DNA of 64,000 nucleotides from Azolla caroliniana (taxonomy: Eukaryota; Plantae; Polypodiophyta), in the NCBI GenBank assembly GCA_043228905.1, contig JBHGNT010000014.1:1674001-1738000 (forward strand), in the 5' to 3' direction. The translations under genes were made by a program, and so were the position numbers. The notes beneath the pieces are model-generated. The model worked only from the letters and a program-made list of their open reading frames with translations. It ran no database searches and was not told where the DNA came from. The first letter of the stretch is position 1. The number at the start of each line of letters is the position of its first letter. Below are positions 11,829 to 24,158 of the stretch, in pieces.

Positions 11829-14800
11829 AAACGTCATTTCAACAAAAAGGGGGGTCATCGATGGGAACCGGAAAAGGGCGCTCCAAGGAGCCAACCGGAC
11901 CAAAACCAAGCACTTACCACAGGACCTCAACCGGGTCCGGGCACAAACGCCAAATCCAGCAACACCCGGAAGGCATACTGCTATTATTGCTGGCAGGAAG
12001 GCCACTATAGTAACCAATGTCCGGTGAAGAGCTACGACAAGAGACCAGCGGTGAACATGGTAGACGCGGAAGTCGCGGACTTACAACAAGCCACTACAAG
12101 ATCAAAAGGCAAAGCCACGGAGTGGGAAACTCAAGAAGCCATCCAGAAGCAGGCAACCGAATGGGTGAAGAAGGCAAACGAGCGGAATGTGGTAGAGCTC
12201 GAACAACAAAAGGAGAATGCCGAAGAGCTTACCGACTTAGGGCAGCCCGACAACCTAACATGGCAGGCGTTACAAGAATGCCAAATAACGTTGTCGTTAG
12301 GCCGGCTATTGCAACTAGTACCACGCTTCACGGAAGGGCTGAAGACAGGAAGAACGGCAGCCGACACACCACTAGCTCCGGCTTTCTTTTCAAATCCGGA
12401 GGAAGGACCGGCAGTGGTAGACACGAGCAATCTGGCAATCACAGCCATCGTGAAAGGAAAAGAGCTACCCGGCACGATTATCGATGGAGAACGTGATCAG
12501 CCTCTGAATGTATAACACTCTAGGAATCCATGACTGGGAACCATGCCCATTTTGGCTTCGGATGGCGGACACAAGCTTAGTACGACCGATCGGATTAATA
12601 CGTGATCTAGAAGTGACCATCGGGGGTCACACATTTCGCATTTCGGCAGTAGTTCTCCAGCTACAGGCTCAGGGAGCTTACCCACTATTGTTGGGACACC
12701 CTTGGTTAAAAACAACACACATCAAGCAAAACTAGAGGAAGAATATAATTACGTTCCGGCGTGGAAAAGTGAAAGTGCGAGTACTGACTCAACCACAGTC
12801 AGGTACCGGCAAGGAATTGACGCCGCTATATGCGGAATGTGTCAACATGCTGGAAGGATTGGCGGACGAAGAGGTCGATCAATACTTACAGGAAAATCCG
12901 AAGATCGTACCGTTGTTCGAAATTGATGTAGCCGAAGCAATATCACCGTACATACTGCAACCGAACGGGGCCGACAAGGAACCGGATAAAGAAGCGATCC
13001 AGGAGTTACGGCAAGCACATGAGGCACTGGAAAGAGAAATGGCAGTGTCGCAGCGCGTAAAAGCATCCTAACTAGAAGAGGTAAACCTAGGTACCACAGA
13101 GGACACAAGACCGGTTCACATTGCCAGGGAAATGACCCCGGAGAACAAAACAGCAATGATCACACTCCTAAAAGAATTTCGCGATGTGTTCGCTTGGTCC
13201 TATGAGGACATGCGGGGACTCGATCCTTAGTTGTATCAACACCAGATACATCTGAGTAAAGACGCCAAACCGGTAGCGCAACGGCGTTACCGGATGAACC
13301 GAATTACGCAGCAAAAGTCAAAGAAGAAATCAACAAGTTGCTAAGGGTTGGATTCATCCGACCGGTAAAGAAAGCCACATGGCTCAGTTCGATAGTCGTA
13401 GTACCAAAAAAGAACGGTAAGATAAGAGTTTGCATTGACTACCGAAAATTGAATGCGGCTACGGTAACAGACGCCTTCCCACTTCCATTCACGAAAGGAG
13501 TCTTGGATGCGGACCCGATCATGAGGTGTACAGTTTTCTGGACGGTTTCAGCGGCTATAATCAGATCCGGATGCACCTCGACGACTAGGAGAAAACTCGT
13601 TTCGTCACCGAATGGGGAGTCTTTGTTGCCGTAGGTATGATGTTCGGACTGAAAACGACGCTGGCAACCTTCCAGTGGATCATCATGGAGATTTTCGGAG
13701 AATTCATTCCGGCATTTATGCAGGTGTTCCTGGACGATTTCGTTGTTTATAGCCGGGAAGGGGATTACCTTCAGCACCTCCAACTATGTCTGGAGAAATG
13801 TAAAGTTTACCGGCTAAGCCTTAACCTGGCAAAATGCGTGTTCGGAGTGTCCAGCGGAGCGTTACTTGGCCACATCGTGAGCAAGGAGGGTATTGCAGTG
13901 GATCCGGACAAGGTCAAAGCTATTTTGGAGGCACCGGCACCAACCATAGCAAAGGCATTAAGCCGGTTCTTAGGACAAATTTGGTGGCATAGCCGAATGC
14001 TCCAGTATCTGGTAGACATGGCTACACCATTGCATAACACGGTACATCGGACACCGTTCCAATGGACGGACACAGAAGACAAGCCTTACCGGGCACTAAA
14101 AGTACTGTTGTCACAAGCGCCGGTGGTGCAACCTCCGGATAGGTCTAAAGAGTTCCATGTGTCGTTGACGCATCCAACATCGCAATCGGGAGCACGCTTA
14201 TGCAACTTACAGAACCGAAGTGGTACCGGCCAGTGTATTATGCTAGCCGGAAGCTGTCCCAAGCGGAACGTAATTATTCCACAATAGAAAGAGAGGCCTT
14301 GGGCATGATCTACAGTGTCACCAAGTTTAAACACTATCTGTTGGGAAGGAAATTTTCCTTTCACGTAGATCATTCAGCGCTCCTCTATTTGGTGTCCAAG
14401 GCATCACAGTAAGTTGGCCTAGTGGACGTTACTATTACAAGAATTCGAGTTCGAGATATTCCACCGACCCGGCATACAACATGCGGTAGCAGACTATTTG
14501 AGCCAGTTAGATTCCGGCAAAACCGGTGACGGCATCCCAGACGAGTTCCCGGATGCAAAGGTGTTTAGAGTCACAGCAGAAACGGCAACAGATGGTACGG
14601 TCGCAGAGGAAAACAAGTGGCTAACCAACATGCACCAATTTCTTAGCACCTGCTTACCTCCGAAGGAGATGAACAGAGACGAGAGGAAACGCTTAGCGGT
14701 TCAAAGCCGGCACTTCTGTCTATTACAGGACACACTGTACCACAAAGGCGTAGATGGAATATGGCGGCGTGTAGTGCGCAACGACGAAAAGGACATAATA

Positions 14801-15217
14801 TTGCGCGAAGCACACTACGGAGTGGCTGGACGACATTATGACAGAGACGCTACAGCAAGGAAAATATGGCAGAGTGGACTATGGTGGCCAACAACATTGA
14901 AGAATGTAGTCCGGTACGCTAAATAATGCGACCTATGTCAGTGAATGGGCCAACCAACCAAACAAGCCAGGATGCCTCACCAGCTCATGCTACCATTAGA
15001 ACCATTTCAGAAATGGGGGCGGGATTTTGTCGGTCCATTCAAACCACCAGCAATGAGAGCCGACAACCGGTACATGATTGTCACTACGGATTATTCCACA
15101 AAATGGGTGGAAGCCAAAGCATTACGCGACAACACCGCGGCATCCATGGCAAAAAATTTATATGAATACATCTGGTGCCGGTATGGATGTCCGATAGAGC
15201 TAATAAGTGACCAAGGT

Positions 15218-15633
15218 TGTTAACTCTTAGGGCCAGACAATGGCCTAACACAGGGTGTCTACGGAAGACACTTCACCAAAGGGGTTTTACGGCAAGAGGA
15301 TTAGGCTCAACAATTAATCCGACTTAATTAGGTCACTTAGCAAGATTGTCCTTAATAATCACACGCGTAAGATATAACAATGAATGCAGAACGGCAATTA
15401 ACACAGAGAGATAAAAACACTAAGCTTCATTAATTATCCATTGCTCATTACATTGTATCCAAGCCTTTAAATAAGTTTCCGGTTTGTAGTACAAAACGGT
15501 GCCATCCACACCTGTTCGGGATTAGTCTGGATCCGGAACGGCATAACGATTCCGGTCCGTCCGTCCACACTAATAACTTACTTACAACCATTCCTTCGTT
15601 TCATACTCTGGACTCCTTTGCCGGCCAGTAACA
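15218..15633 (-). mobile_element. Solo LTR of a C-related family in C integrase
   Basis: Reverse-complement similarity to the C LTR ends; perfect TSD AAGGT; the INT frame ISDQG|GHF rejoins. Confidence 0.93.
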
Positions 15634-16707
15634 AAGGTGGGCACTTCTTAGGGCAAGTAGTGGAAATTTTGACGACATTCTATGCGGTGGTGCACAAACA
15701 GAGCACTCCCTATTATCTGCAAGCCAACGGATTAGCCGAGTCAACAAATAAAACAGTACAGAACATCCTTCGAAAAATCGTCAATGAGAACCGGACGGAT
15801 TGGGATACAAAGCTACACAATGCACTCTGGGCCTATCGGACAGATTGGGATACAAAGCTACACAGTATCCGCACAACACCGTTTCGCCTAGCATTCGGAT
15901 TGGAGGCAATGATAACGGTCGAGTTCCAGGTACCGAGTTTACGAATACAGATTCGAGAACGCCTAAATGAGAAGGAATCGCAAGCGATCTGGTTAGCCGC
16001 ACTATGTGAATTGGAAGAACACCGGCTAGCCAGCATCATGCACCTAGAACTAGAGCAGCGGCGAAGAAAAGCGTTCATGGATCGTCACCGAAAAGGGAAC
16101 GAAAAGATGTTCGAAATTGGTAAGCCGGTACTAGTATTCCAGACCCGGATGGGTAAGAAGCGTGGGAAGCTACGATTTCGGTGGACCGGACCATACTGGA
16201 TCACGCGGGAGTTCAACGGTTCCTACCAGTTAGGGACACTCGTCGGCCAGGTTCTGGATAAATGGGTCAATGGGTTCCGACTCAAACCATACAATGGACC
16301 CATGCCAAGAAACCCATTTGAACAAGTAAAGGCCGACACTGAACCGGACACCGGTAAGTCGGAAGAGACAGCAACACGTTTAGCAATCGGCAAGCGTGAA
16401 GCTAGTAAGAGGGAGCACGAGCTGGCAAACAGCAAGAACGACGCGACGGCAAGCAGTCCAGCGGCTGGCAAGTCCCACAATTCGGATAGGGGTCCGGTGG
16501 GACCAGATGCGAATTAACCAAACCGTTTTATTTTTAAAAAAAATCAAATCAAATCAAAGTAAATCATGCAAGGGCGAGGTGTGAACGGACACATGCAAGA
16601 ATGAGGAGTGAGCAAGCACTTTGAAAAGGTACGTAGTGGGCTATTAATAGGGTATTAAACCGTCGCCACATGGCACGTCATTCTATTCTAGTACACGACG
16701 TGCACAC

Positions 16708-19700
16708 GTGCGGGTAAGAAAAAAAGGCACTAACATGCAGCAAGAAAACTCCCATCGCATGGAGGTCTTCACATTTCACGAACAGAGAAGCACAAACGCA
16801 CACAGGCGATTGAAGATCATCAGATGCGAGCCCACGCACACAAAGCCTCCTCAAACACATCCCTCACTAGCGCTCACTGACCTCGAAGAAGCCATGGACT
16901 GCCAAGCACTCTCTGAAGCAGCCAAGAAGTGGCTAAGGCAACACGGGTTAGAACGTTTCCTCACGATCATGGAGGCGCCACTGCACCGGGAGGCGGAGAA
17001 GATAGTAAAGGAAATCGACATAAAACTAATCATGGAGGAGGCCATCCATGCTTTGATTGGCCTTCCGGAAGGGGGGATCTTCACTATCGACAACCCTACC
17101 CCGGAGCAGCTCCGAAAATATTTTGGCGAATACTCTCTGGCCAGCAAGGCCTACAGGACACAAGGCGGGGAAGATACATTATTTCGAGGGATGTCCGTGT
17201 GCTCCATGAATTTGGACATGTATACCCTCAACCCTCGTGCATGCCTCAGAACCGAACCGGCTTAGTCATAGCAACGTATGAAGGCGTGAAGGTAGACTGG
17301 CCGGTACTGATTGTGGACGGCCTCTGTGCGGCCATTGACTTTGTAAGAGGCAAGGAGGGTAGGAAAATATGGGTTGCAGTGGCGCAATGGCTCACCCTAT
17401 TGATGCCACCTATAGAGCCCGTCAAGACCACGAAGCGGGGGAGAACAACCGAAGGCACCCCGAAAACGGCTTCAAAACGGCAGCAGGTGTTGGCCTCTAA
17501 GGCACCCAAAGGGAAGGCGGCCGACATGGACAAGGCAGCAAAAGAGTGCGCCAATACGAAGCGGCAGGCGGAAACGCATGAGGAGACACCGGAACGGCCA
17601 ATTAAGATCATATTTCACCGACCGGTTCAACAAGAGCCAGACCCCTTGGCAGCAAAAATCAACATCGGGACTCAGGAGGAGGAAGCGGAGGAGGAACCGT
17701 TCGAGCACCTCCAGCGGCGCCAGAAGGCAAGCACTGCAGAACATGTTGGGGAGCGTTCGGACCCAAAGAAGGATGGAACGCCTCTATCCCGCACTGAGCA
17801 TCCCGCACCAAGGGTGGAACCGGAACCGGTTCGAACAGAACCGCTCACAGAGCTCCCTGCACAACAAGCTATACCGGCGGGTCAGGATACGGCAAGACCC
17901 GAAATTCAAGTGCCAGTAGTACAGTTGCCAACCTCACCGGTAGGTCAAGAGCAATCAGAGGCGGAGCGGCCAACGGAGGTGCAACCGGAACCAAAACGGC
18001 AAAGTGGTCACCAACCAGAGACAGAGTTGCAGCTCAATGCAACCGGACAAGACCGACCACTGGCTAGCGGAACCAACAGCCAACCCTCCGTGCAGACGCA
18101 ACAACAAGGCACCGGCAGCCAATGGCTCCGGTGGATTGGAGAACAAATTGCCGGAGTGGTGCACTACATAGCGGCTGAAGAGAAAGCGCAGATGAACCGG
18201 TTGCTAGTCACAACCGGAGAACTAGAGACGGCTCGGTCGAGGATTCGGAGCCTAGAACAAGACTTGGACCTGGCCACAGAAGAATTGGCCAAAATGGCCT
18301 TAACCGGACCACAGATCCAAGCACCGGTGACCCCGGTAGATGTACAGAATAAAGACACACCAACACCTGTACATAGTAATAAGACCCCGGAGATGGAACT
18401 AGTCCCGGAGACAGTGGCGGCGCAAGCGAAAGAGCTTGCCAAATTGAAAGATGAACTAGCCGCACAAGAAGCATTACGCACTTGAGAAAGGGACTTCAAG
18501 AAAGCGGTAGAAGAAGAACAAAGAAAGACTGCTGAGAACCTCTGCCGGGCAGAAGAGAATCTGCGGAAAGGACATCAGGCATATGACTGGCTTAAGGAGG
18601 AGAAAGAGAAAGTGCTGCAAGAAAAGGATAAGTTGTGACAGATGGTGGAAACGGAGATTGAAAGACTTAAAGAAGAACTTCGTGAACAGAAAGATCGGGA
18701 AGATCGCGCTCGTCGGCAACTCAACTAGAAGCTGAAGCTGAAGACCAATGATTTTGAGCACCTGCACTGGGACTATAAGCACCTAGATACGGAGCATAAG
18801 AAGCAGCAGGAGAAGATGGCAGAGCTCCAGCAAGAAGTTCATCGAGCCGAGACAGCGCTAGCTGAAGAACGGGCTGAAAGAACAACGCTACTAGAGGAAG
18901 CCGCGCAGGAACGTATGGAGCTCCAAAAGCAGCATTATGAAGAAAAGGAAAGAGCGACGATGGTATTGCAGAGGTTGCAGAACACCTACCAAAACCAATT
19001 GTCACATTACCGGGAGCAGGAGGCGGACACAGTGAAGCTGATCAAGAAATTGAAGGAAGAACGGCAAGCCGCGGAGGATAAATCAAAGATGGGACTTGAG
19101 CGGATCCAGTTCATTGTCCAGGCATGGAGGAACAAGACAAAACGCTTGATTGACGAAAGCTCCATGCAATGGTGGGACAAATGGGCAAAGCACACAGCCG
19201 AGCTCCAGTTGCTAAGGGCGGACGCTGAAAACCAGCAGAAGGATGGCGACGACTGCTACATGCTAACAAAGGAGGACTTCACCGTTGTAAGAGATGAGTT
19301 AGCAGAAGACTTTGTAACTCTGGCGGAGGAATAATCAGCAGTGGTCCGGCAACTGGTAGCACAGGTGGACGATGATCAACTGGATGCTCAAATCCAGTTT
19401 GAAAGCTATGAGCGGACCAAGCTACGACAAGAAGAAGCAAAGCAGGCGGCGACCGTCAACCTCAGCGATGAGGAGCCATCGCCGGGGCAAGGACCGGATA
19501 GAGACAAGGCCGGGGCGAGTCAACCGGAGTCAAATCCGGCAGAGCAGTTGATGGAGGAATCACCACCACAACCGCTGGTACTAGGAACCGAACAAACGCC
19601 ATCCAAGGAGCAACAATCGGAGGATCCGGAGCCGGAGCAACAGCAGCCACAGCAACAACAACAGATTCCCGAAGAACCATTGGACACCCTGGAGCAGAGT

Positions 19701-19727
19701 ATTCTGGATATCTTGGACGAAGTCTAA
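16708..19727 (+). pseudogene. Extra ORF of element C (env-like position, about 1000 codons, coiled-coil)
   Basis: Consecutive ORFs 16708-17265, 16929-18485, 18816-19334 and 19341-19727 lie between INT and the 3' LTR; E/Q/K-rich heptad-like segments. Confidence 0.75.
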
Positions 19728-19777
19728 GGGCCAGATAGTGGGATTCGCCGAATAGTGGGATTCGTCTAAGTGCCATG

Positions 19778-20225
19778 TGTTACCCGACCGGCAAAGGAGT
19801 TAAAGACCAGAATGTGAAAGGGATTGTATATTCAGAATCTATTATAATTAAGTAGTTTATGAGACGTGAACGAACGGACCGGAATCGGTATGCCGATCCG
19901 GATCCAGATCCGGACCGGTTCCGAACAGGTGCCGGTTGGCACCGTTTTGTACTCAGCACCGGTGACCTATATAAAGGCCCGGTTACAATGTAAAACTTTG
20001 ACGAATAATTAATAGAGCTTCTTGTTTTATCTTTAAGTGTTGATTATGATTCTGTGCTAATTGTTCTATCATACGCGTGTATCAAGTCAAATGCCATATT
20101 TATAAGTAACCAATTAAAGTCTGATTAATCGTTGAGTCTTAAGTTATCTCGTCGTAGTACCCTTTGGTGAAGTGTCTTCCGTAGACACCCTGTGTTAGGC
20201 CATTGTCCGGCCCTAAGGAATAACA
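19778..20225 (+). repeat. 3' LTR of element C (448 bp)
   Basis: Matches 4521-4815 plus 9463-9609. Confidence 0.93.
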
Positions 20226-20230
20226 AGGGT

Positions 20231-22930
20231 CGAACACCTTTTCTAGCGGTTGACATGGATGGGTGCAAAGTGATCTTAGGTCTGGAATGGGTGGACAAGT
20301 ATTTCATCAACTAATTCGGAAAAAAGGTAGATAAGGTGTTACTAGATAACGAAGATAGGAAGGGAAGCGTCATTGTATGTATGCATAGGAGAATTGCAAA
20401 GGCAAAGGCAGCAACCGTGACCACAAAACTCTACACGGAAAAAGTAGCAAATCGAGTCTTAAAGAAGGGCGGTCAACAACGACTATGAGGAAGGTAGGAC
20501 TAAGGGCAAAGAAAATGAAGGAAATATTAGAGCAATACAGGATGTATTAACAGCCGAGTTAGTCAAAACTCTTCCACCACAAAGGTCAATTGACCATAAA
20601 ATTCCAATCATTCCAGGAAGCATACCACTTGCAAAAGTTCCTTACCAAATCAGTGTTGCTCAATTAGCTAAGGTAAAACAACAATTACAAGAGTTAGCAG
20701 CATGTGGATTCATTAGACCAACCCAAGAGTCCTTTTTGTGGCAAAGAAACATGGGACACTACGTATGTACATGGATTATAGGTCTCTCAACAAAATCACC
20801 ATAAAATATAAATACCCATTACCTCTGATCTCCGACCTCCTGGATCAACTACAGGGAGCCCGTTATTTCTCTCACATAGATCTCGGATCTGGGTACCATC
20901 AAATCCACATAGCTACGGAGGATATTGAGAAGACAACATTCAGGACAAGATATGACAGTTTTGAATGGCTTGTGATGAGTTTCGGTTTGACAGGAGCACC
21001 CGGAACCTTCTGGAGGCTCAAAAATGATATTTTTAGGGATTATTTGGATAAATTTATGATAATTTACATTGATGATTTGTTAATTTTCAGTAAGACTTTT
21101 AAAGGAACACAAGTTGCACGTCACCAATGTGTTGCAACGATTACAGGAGCATCTGTTATATGCAAAACGCAAGAAGTGCGAGTTTTCTATGGAGGAGCTT
21201 GAGTTCCTAATATTCCGAATAGGAAGAGAAGGGTTCAAGATGGATCCGACCAAGGTAAAAGCAGTTCAAGATTGGCCATGACCCACCAAAGTCCTCGAGG
21301 TGCAACAATTCACAAGCTTCATCCGGTATGTGAGAAGGTGTATTAAAAACCTCAATCAAATCGCAACGCCATTGACAAATCTCATCAAAGGCTCACAAAC
21401 GTTCTGTTGGTCCGAACATGAACAACATGCCTTCGAGAAATTGAAGAAGGTGGTGTGTGCACAACCGGTTCTTCAACTCCCTAACTTCTCAAGACCGTTT
21501 GAAATTCACATTGATGCTTTTGATTTTGCTTATGGGGTTGTACTTATGCAGAATGGCCACCCGATTGCCTATGAGTCAAAAACGTTTTCAGAGATAGAAA
21601 GTCGGTGGCCCACACACAAGAAGGAAATGTTAGCGGTGGTTTATGCACTTCGAAAGTGGTGGCACTACGTACAGGATAAATTTACACTAGTAGTGACCGA
21701 CAACATCTCCTTGCAATATTTTTAGACTCAGCCACGACTTTCAGCAAAACAAATGAGATGGCAAGATATGTTGTACATATAAAAGGTAAGTTGCACACAT
21801 TAACTCATGCACTAAGTCGGTTGCTACACATGCCCCATATTTCTATCATCTCAGCTCAAGGATGTAGACGAAGTATAGCAAGCACAAACAGAGGATGCAA
21901 AGATGCGACTGTTAATAACCAAAGTCGCAAACGGGAGCACAACTTGGGGAAAGTACAAGTTGCATGACAGGCTATTGTGGAGTGCTAATAAAATAGTAAC
22001 CCCTAAAAATATACCACTAAAGGAAAAGATACCAACAGAATCGCATGATTGCCACATGGTCGGGCATGGAGGACAAAAGCACAAATTAAAAGCTGTTAAA
22101 AAATCCTTCATGTGGCCAAGAATGGAACAGGAGATCATGACGAGTATGGCACGTAGTGAAAGCTAAGCGAGGCAAAGTGCTCGGGCTATTACAACAAATA
22201 TTGGTGCCATCCCGTCTGTGGGATGTAATAAGCATGGATTTTATAATAAGCATGTAGCGCACTTGTTCTTTAAACATGATTTCAAGTATCATGGGCTACG
22301 AGAAATCATAGTGTCTTATAGGGATCCATGGTTCACCGGTGGATTTCGGCAAGAATTGTTTCAAATTCTAGGCACACAGCTCCGTATGTCACCATCCACA
22401 CACACCCCGCACACCCGCAAATACACGGACAAACTGAGTGAGTGAATCAAGGCATCAAAGACTACATTCGACGTTATGTCAAAGTAGATCAATTGAACCG
22501 CATGAAACACATCGACATGCTTGAATTTTGTTACAATGCTGAAATCCATTCAACAACAAGATTGTCTCCATTCGAGCTCTCTAGAGGTAAAGAAGTCCTC
22601 ACACCGATTGCTTTATTGCATAAGAATAAGAAGACACAAGTCGAGGAATTGGATGTATCTCGTTTTTTGGCGGAGTGGAAAGTTCGGATCCAAGCAGCAC
22701 AAGAGCATCTCACAAAAACAAAATCGTGGATGATTAATCATGTCAATAAGAAATGGGAACATGTGGAGTTTTATCCAGGGGATTTAGTACTTGTCAATTC
22801 GGCTAGTTGGTCATTACCTCAAGGCCTCACACCCAAGTCTAATCATAGGTTCTACGGACCGTACAAGTTGGTCAAAAACCTCAACAATGTATCCCACAAG
22901 CTCAACCAGATGTTTTTCATGTTAGCCTTT
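20231..22930 (+). pseudogene. PR C-half, RT, RNase H and INT of element B
   Basis: [44 protein letters not shown] and RFYGPYK motifs, with many disruptions. Confidence 0.88.
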
Positions 22931-23272
22931 TGTTGAGCGAGCAAGCTCAACCGGATCCGGATCGGTTGAATAAGCCAGAGCCGGATCGGTATCCGAAACA
23001 GAGAACCAGATCGGTGTCCGGATGATATCTGGAACCAAGAGCCGAATCGGAGAGCCTGATCGGATAGAAACCGGTAGGCCGTTAGAGTCCTACGGATCCA
23101 GCCTAGTACGTAGGCATAATTTTGGGAGTAAGTGACATGCGCTCGTATGAGCATTGAAGTACCTGTTAGTACTTCTGTTAGTCCTTTTTGGACTTGCATA
23201 AAAGTGCTCTCTGAGCACATTCTATGTACAAAGTTACAGAGTGTTATTTTTTTAATAGAGTTTTATGTTCTG

Positions 23273-23303
<31 letters not shown>

Positions 23304-23729
23304 GTGTATGTCAAAACCAAGGATAAAAGATAGAGTGATGGAAGAAGGATAGAGAAGAATGGATGTATAAGATAGAGAAAGAAAGAGAATGGATACAAGA
23401 TATGTAATGAGAGCTAAAGACTGGTGTTGATTCGAATTGATTTGAGAATACATGTATGCGCTTATTTATAGGTTCCTATAGAATAGCTTAGAGATTTCTA
23501 GAATGTTCTAGAATGTTCTAGACCTAGAATGCTCTAGGACATTCTAGAACATTCTAGAATAATCTAGAGTTTTTACAATAATCAATGTAATACAAGAAGT
23601 AGCTTTTATTGTTTCATATAACAATAAGCTATCTTAATGGTTGAGGGTTTCAAGTATGAATTACAAGGTTCGAGGTTCAAGTTCAGGTGACGCCATAATG
23701 GTCATGTGTTCATGACACTATCCCTCCTT

Positions 23730-24060
23730 CGAGAACGCCGAGTGGAAGTCGGCGTTAACATTGTTGGGCCGGGCTTGTTTGGATAGTGACAATGGAAGTC
23801 GTTGACCAGAGCTTCAGCATTACAAACGTTATCGATGGGTTCCCAACTGCGATCACTCGGAGGATAACCAAGCCAATCAACTAGATAATAAAGCTTATTG
23901 CGCACAATCTTAGAATCGAGAATAGCAGCTACCTCGTATTCGGGGCCGTCCACAAGTTGTACAGAGGGCGGTGGTGGCACGACACGATCAGGAATTAAAG
24001 AGGTGTGGCAAGGTTCCAAAAGAGAGCTATGAAAGACAGGGTGAAGCCGCACTAGGGTTT
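23730..24060 (-). CDS. Integrase C-terminus and chromodomain of H
   Basis: HPVFHSSLL...EYEVAAILDS..YLVDWLGY..SWEP. Confidence 0.9.
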
Positions 24061-24158
24061 CATGACACCTCGGGAAGATCCAGTATACACCATCGAGGGT
24101 GGTTGCCGGTGTAGGCAAAGAAAGGTGTAACTTTGGTAGAAGAGTGGACCGTGTTGTT

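Larger units (their letters stand above)
9625..16517 (+). pseudogene. gag-PR-RT-RH-INT of element C (interrupted by two solo LTRs, several stops)
   Basis: Three CCHC knuckles; TIIDG and YPLLLGHPWL protease motifs; RT, RH and INT ORFs at 13338-16517 with WGxDFVGPF, ISDQG and RWTGPY. Confidence 0.9.
4521..20225 (+). mobile_element. Element C: non-chromovirus Gypsy (Athila/OTA-like) with extra 3' ORF
   Basis: LTRs TGTTACCC...AATAACA at 4521-9609 (split by D) and 19778-20225; TSD AAGGT/AGGGT; RT FLDGFSGYNQI and FLDDF; RNase H YYASRKL..ERE. Confidence 0.93.

Noticed and set aside
15790-15865. Duplicated RTDWDTKLH in C integrase; similar short duplications at about 29335-29425 and 55120-55225
   Set aside because: Local slippage or repair scars with no sign of function.
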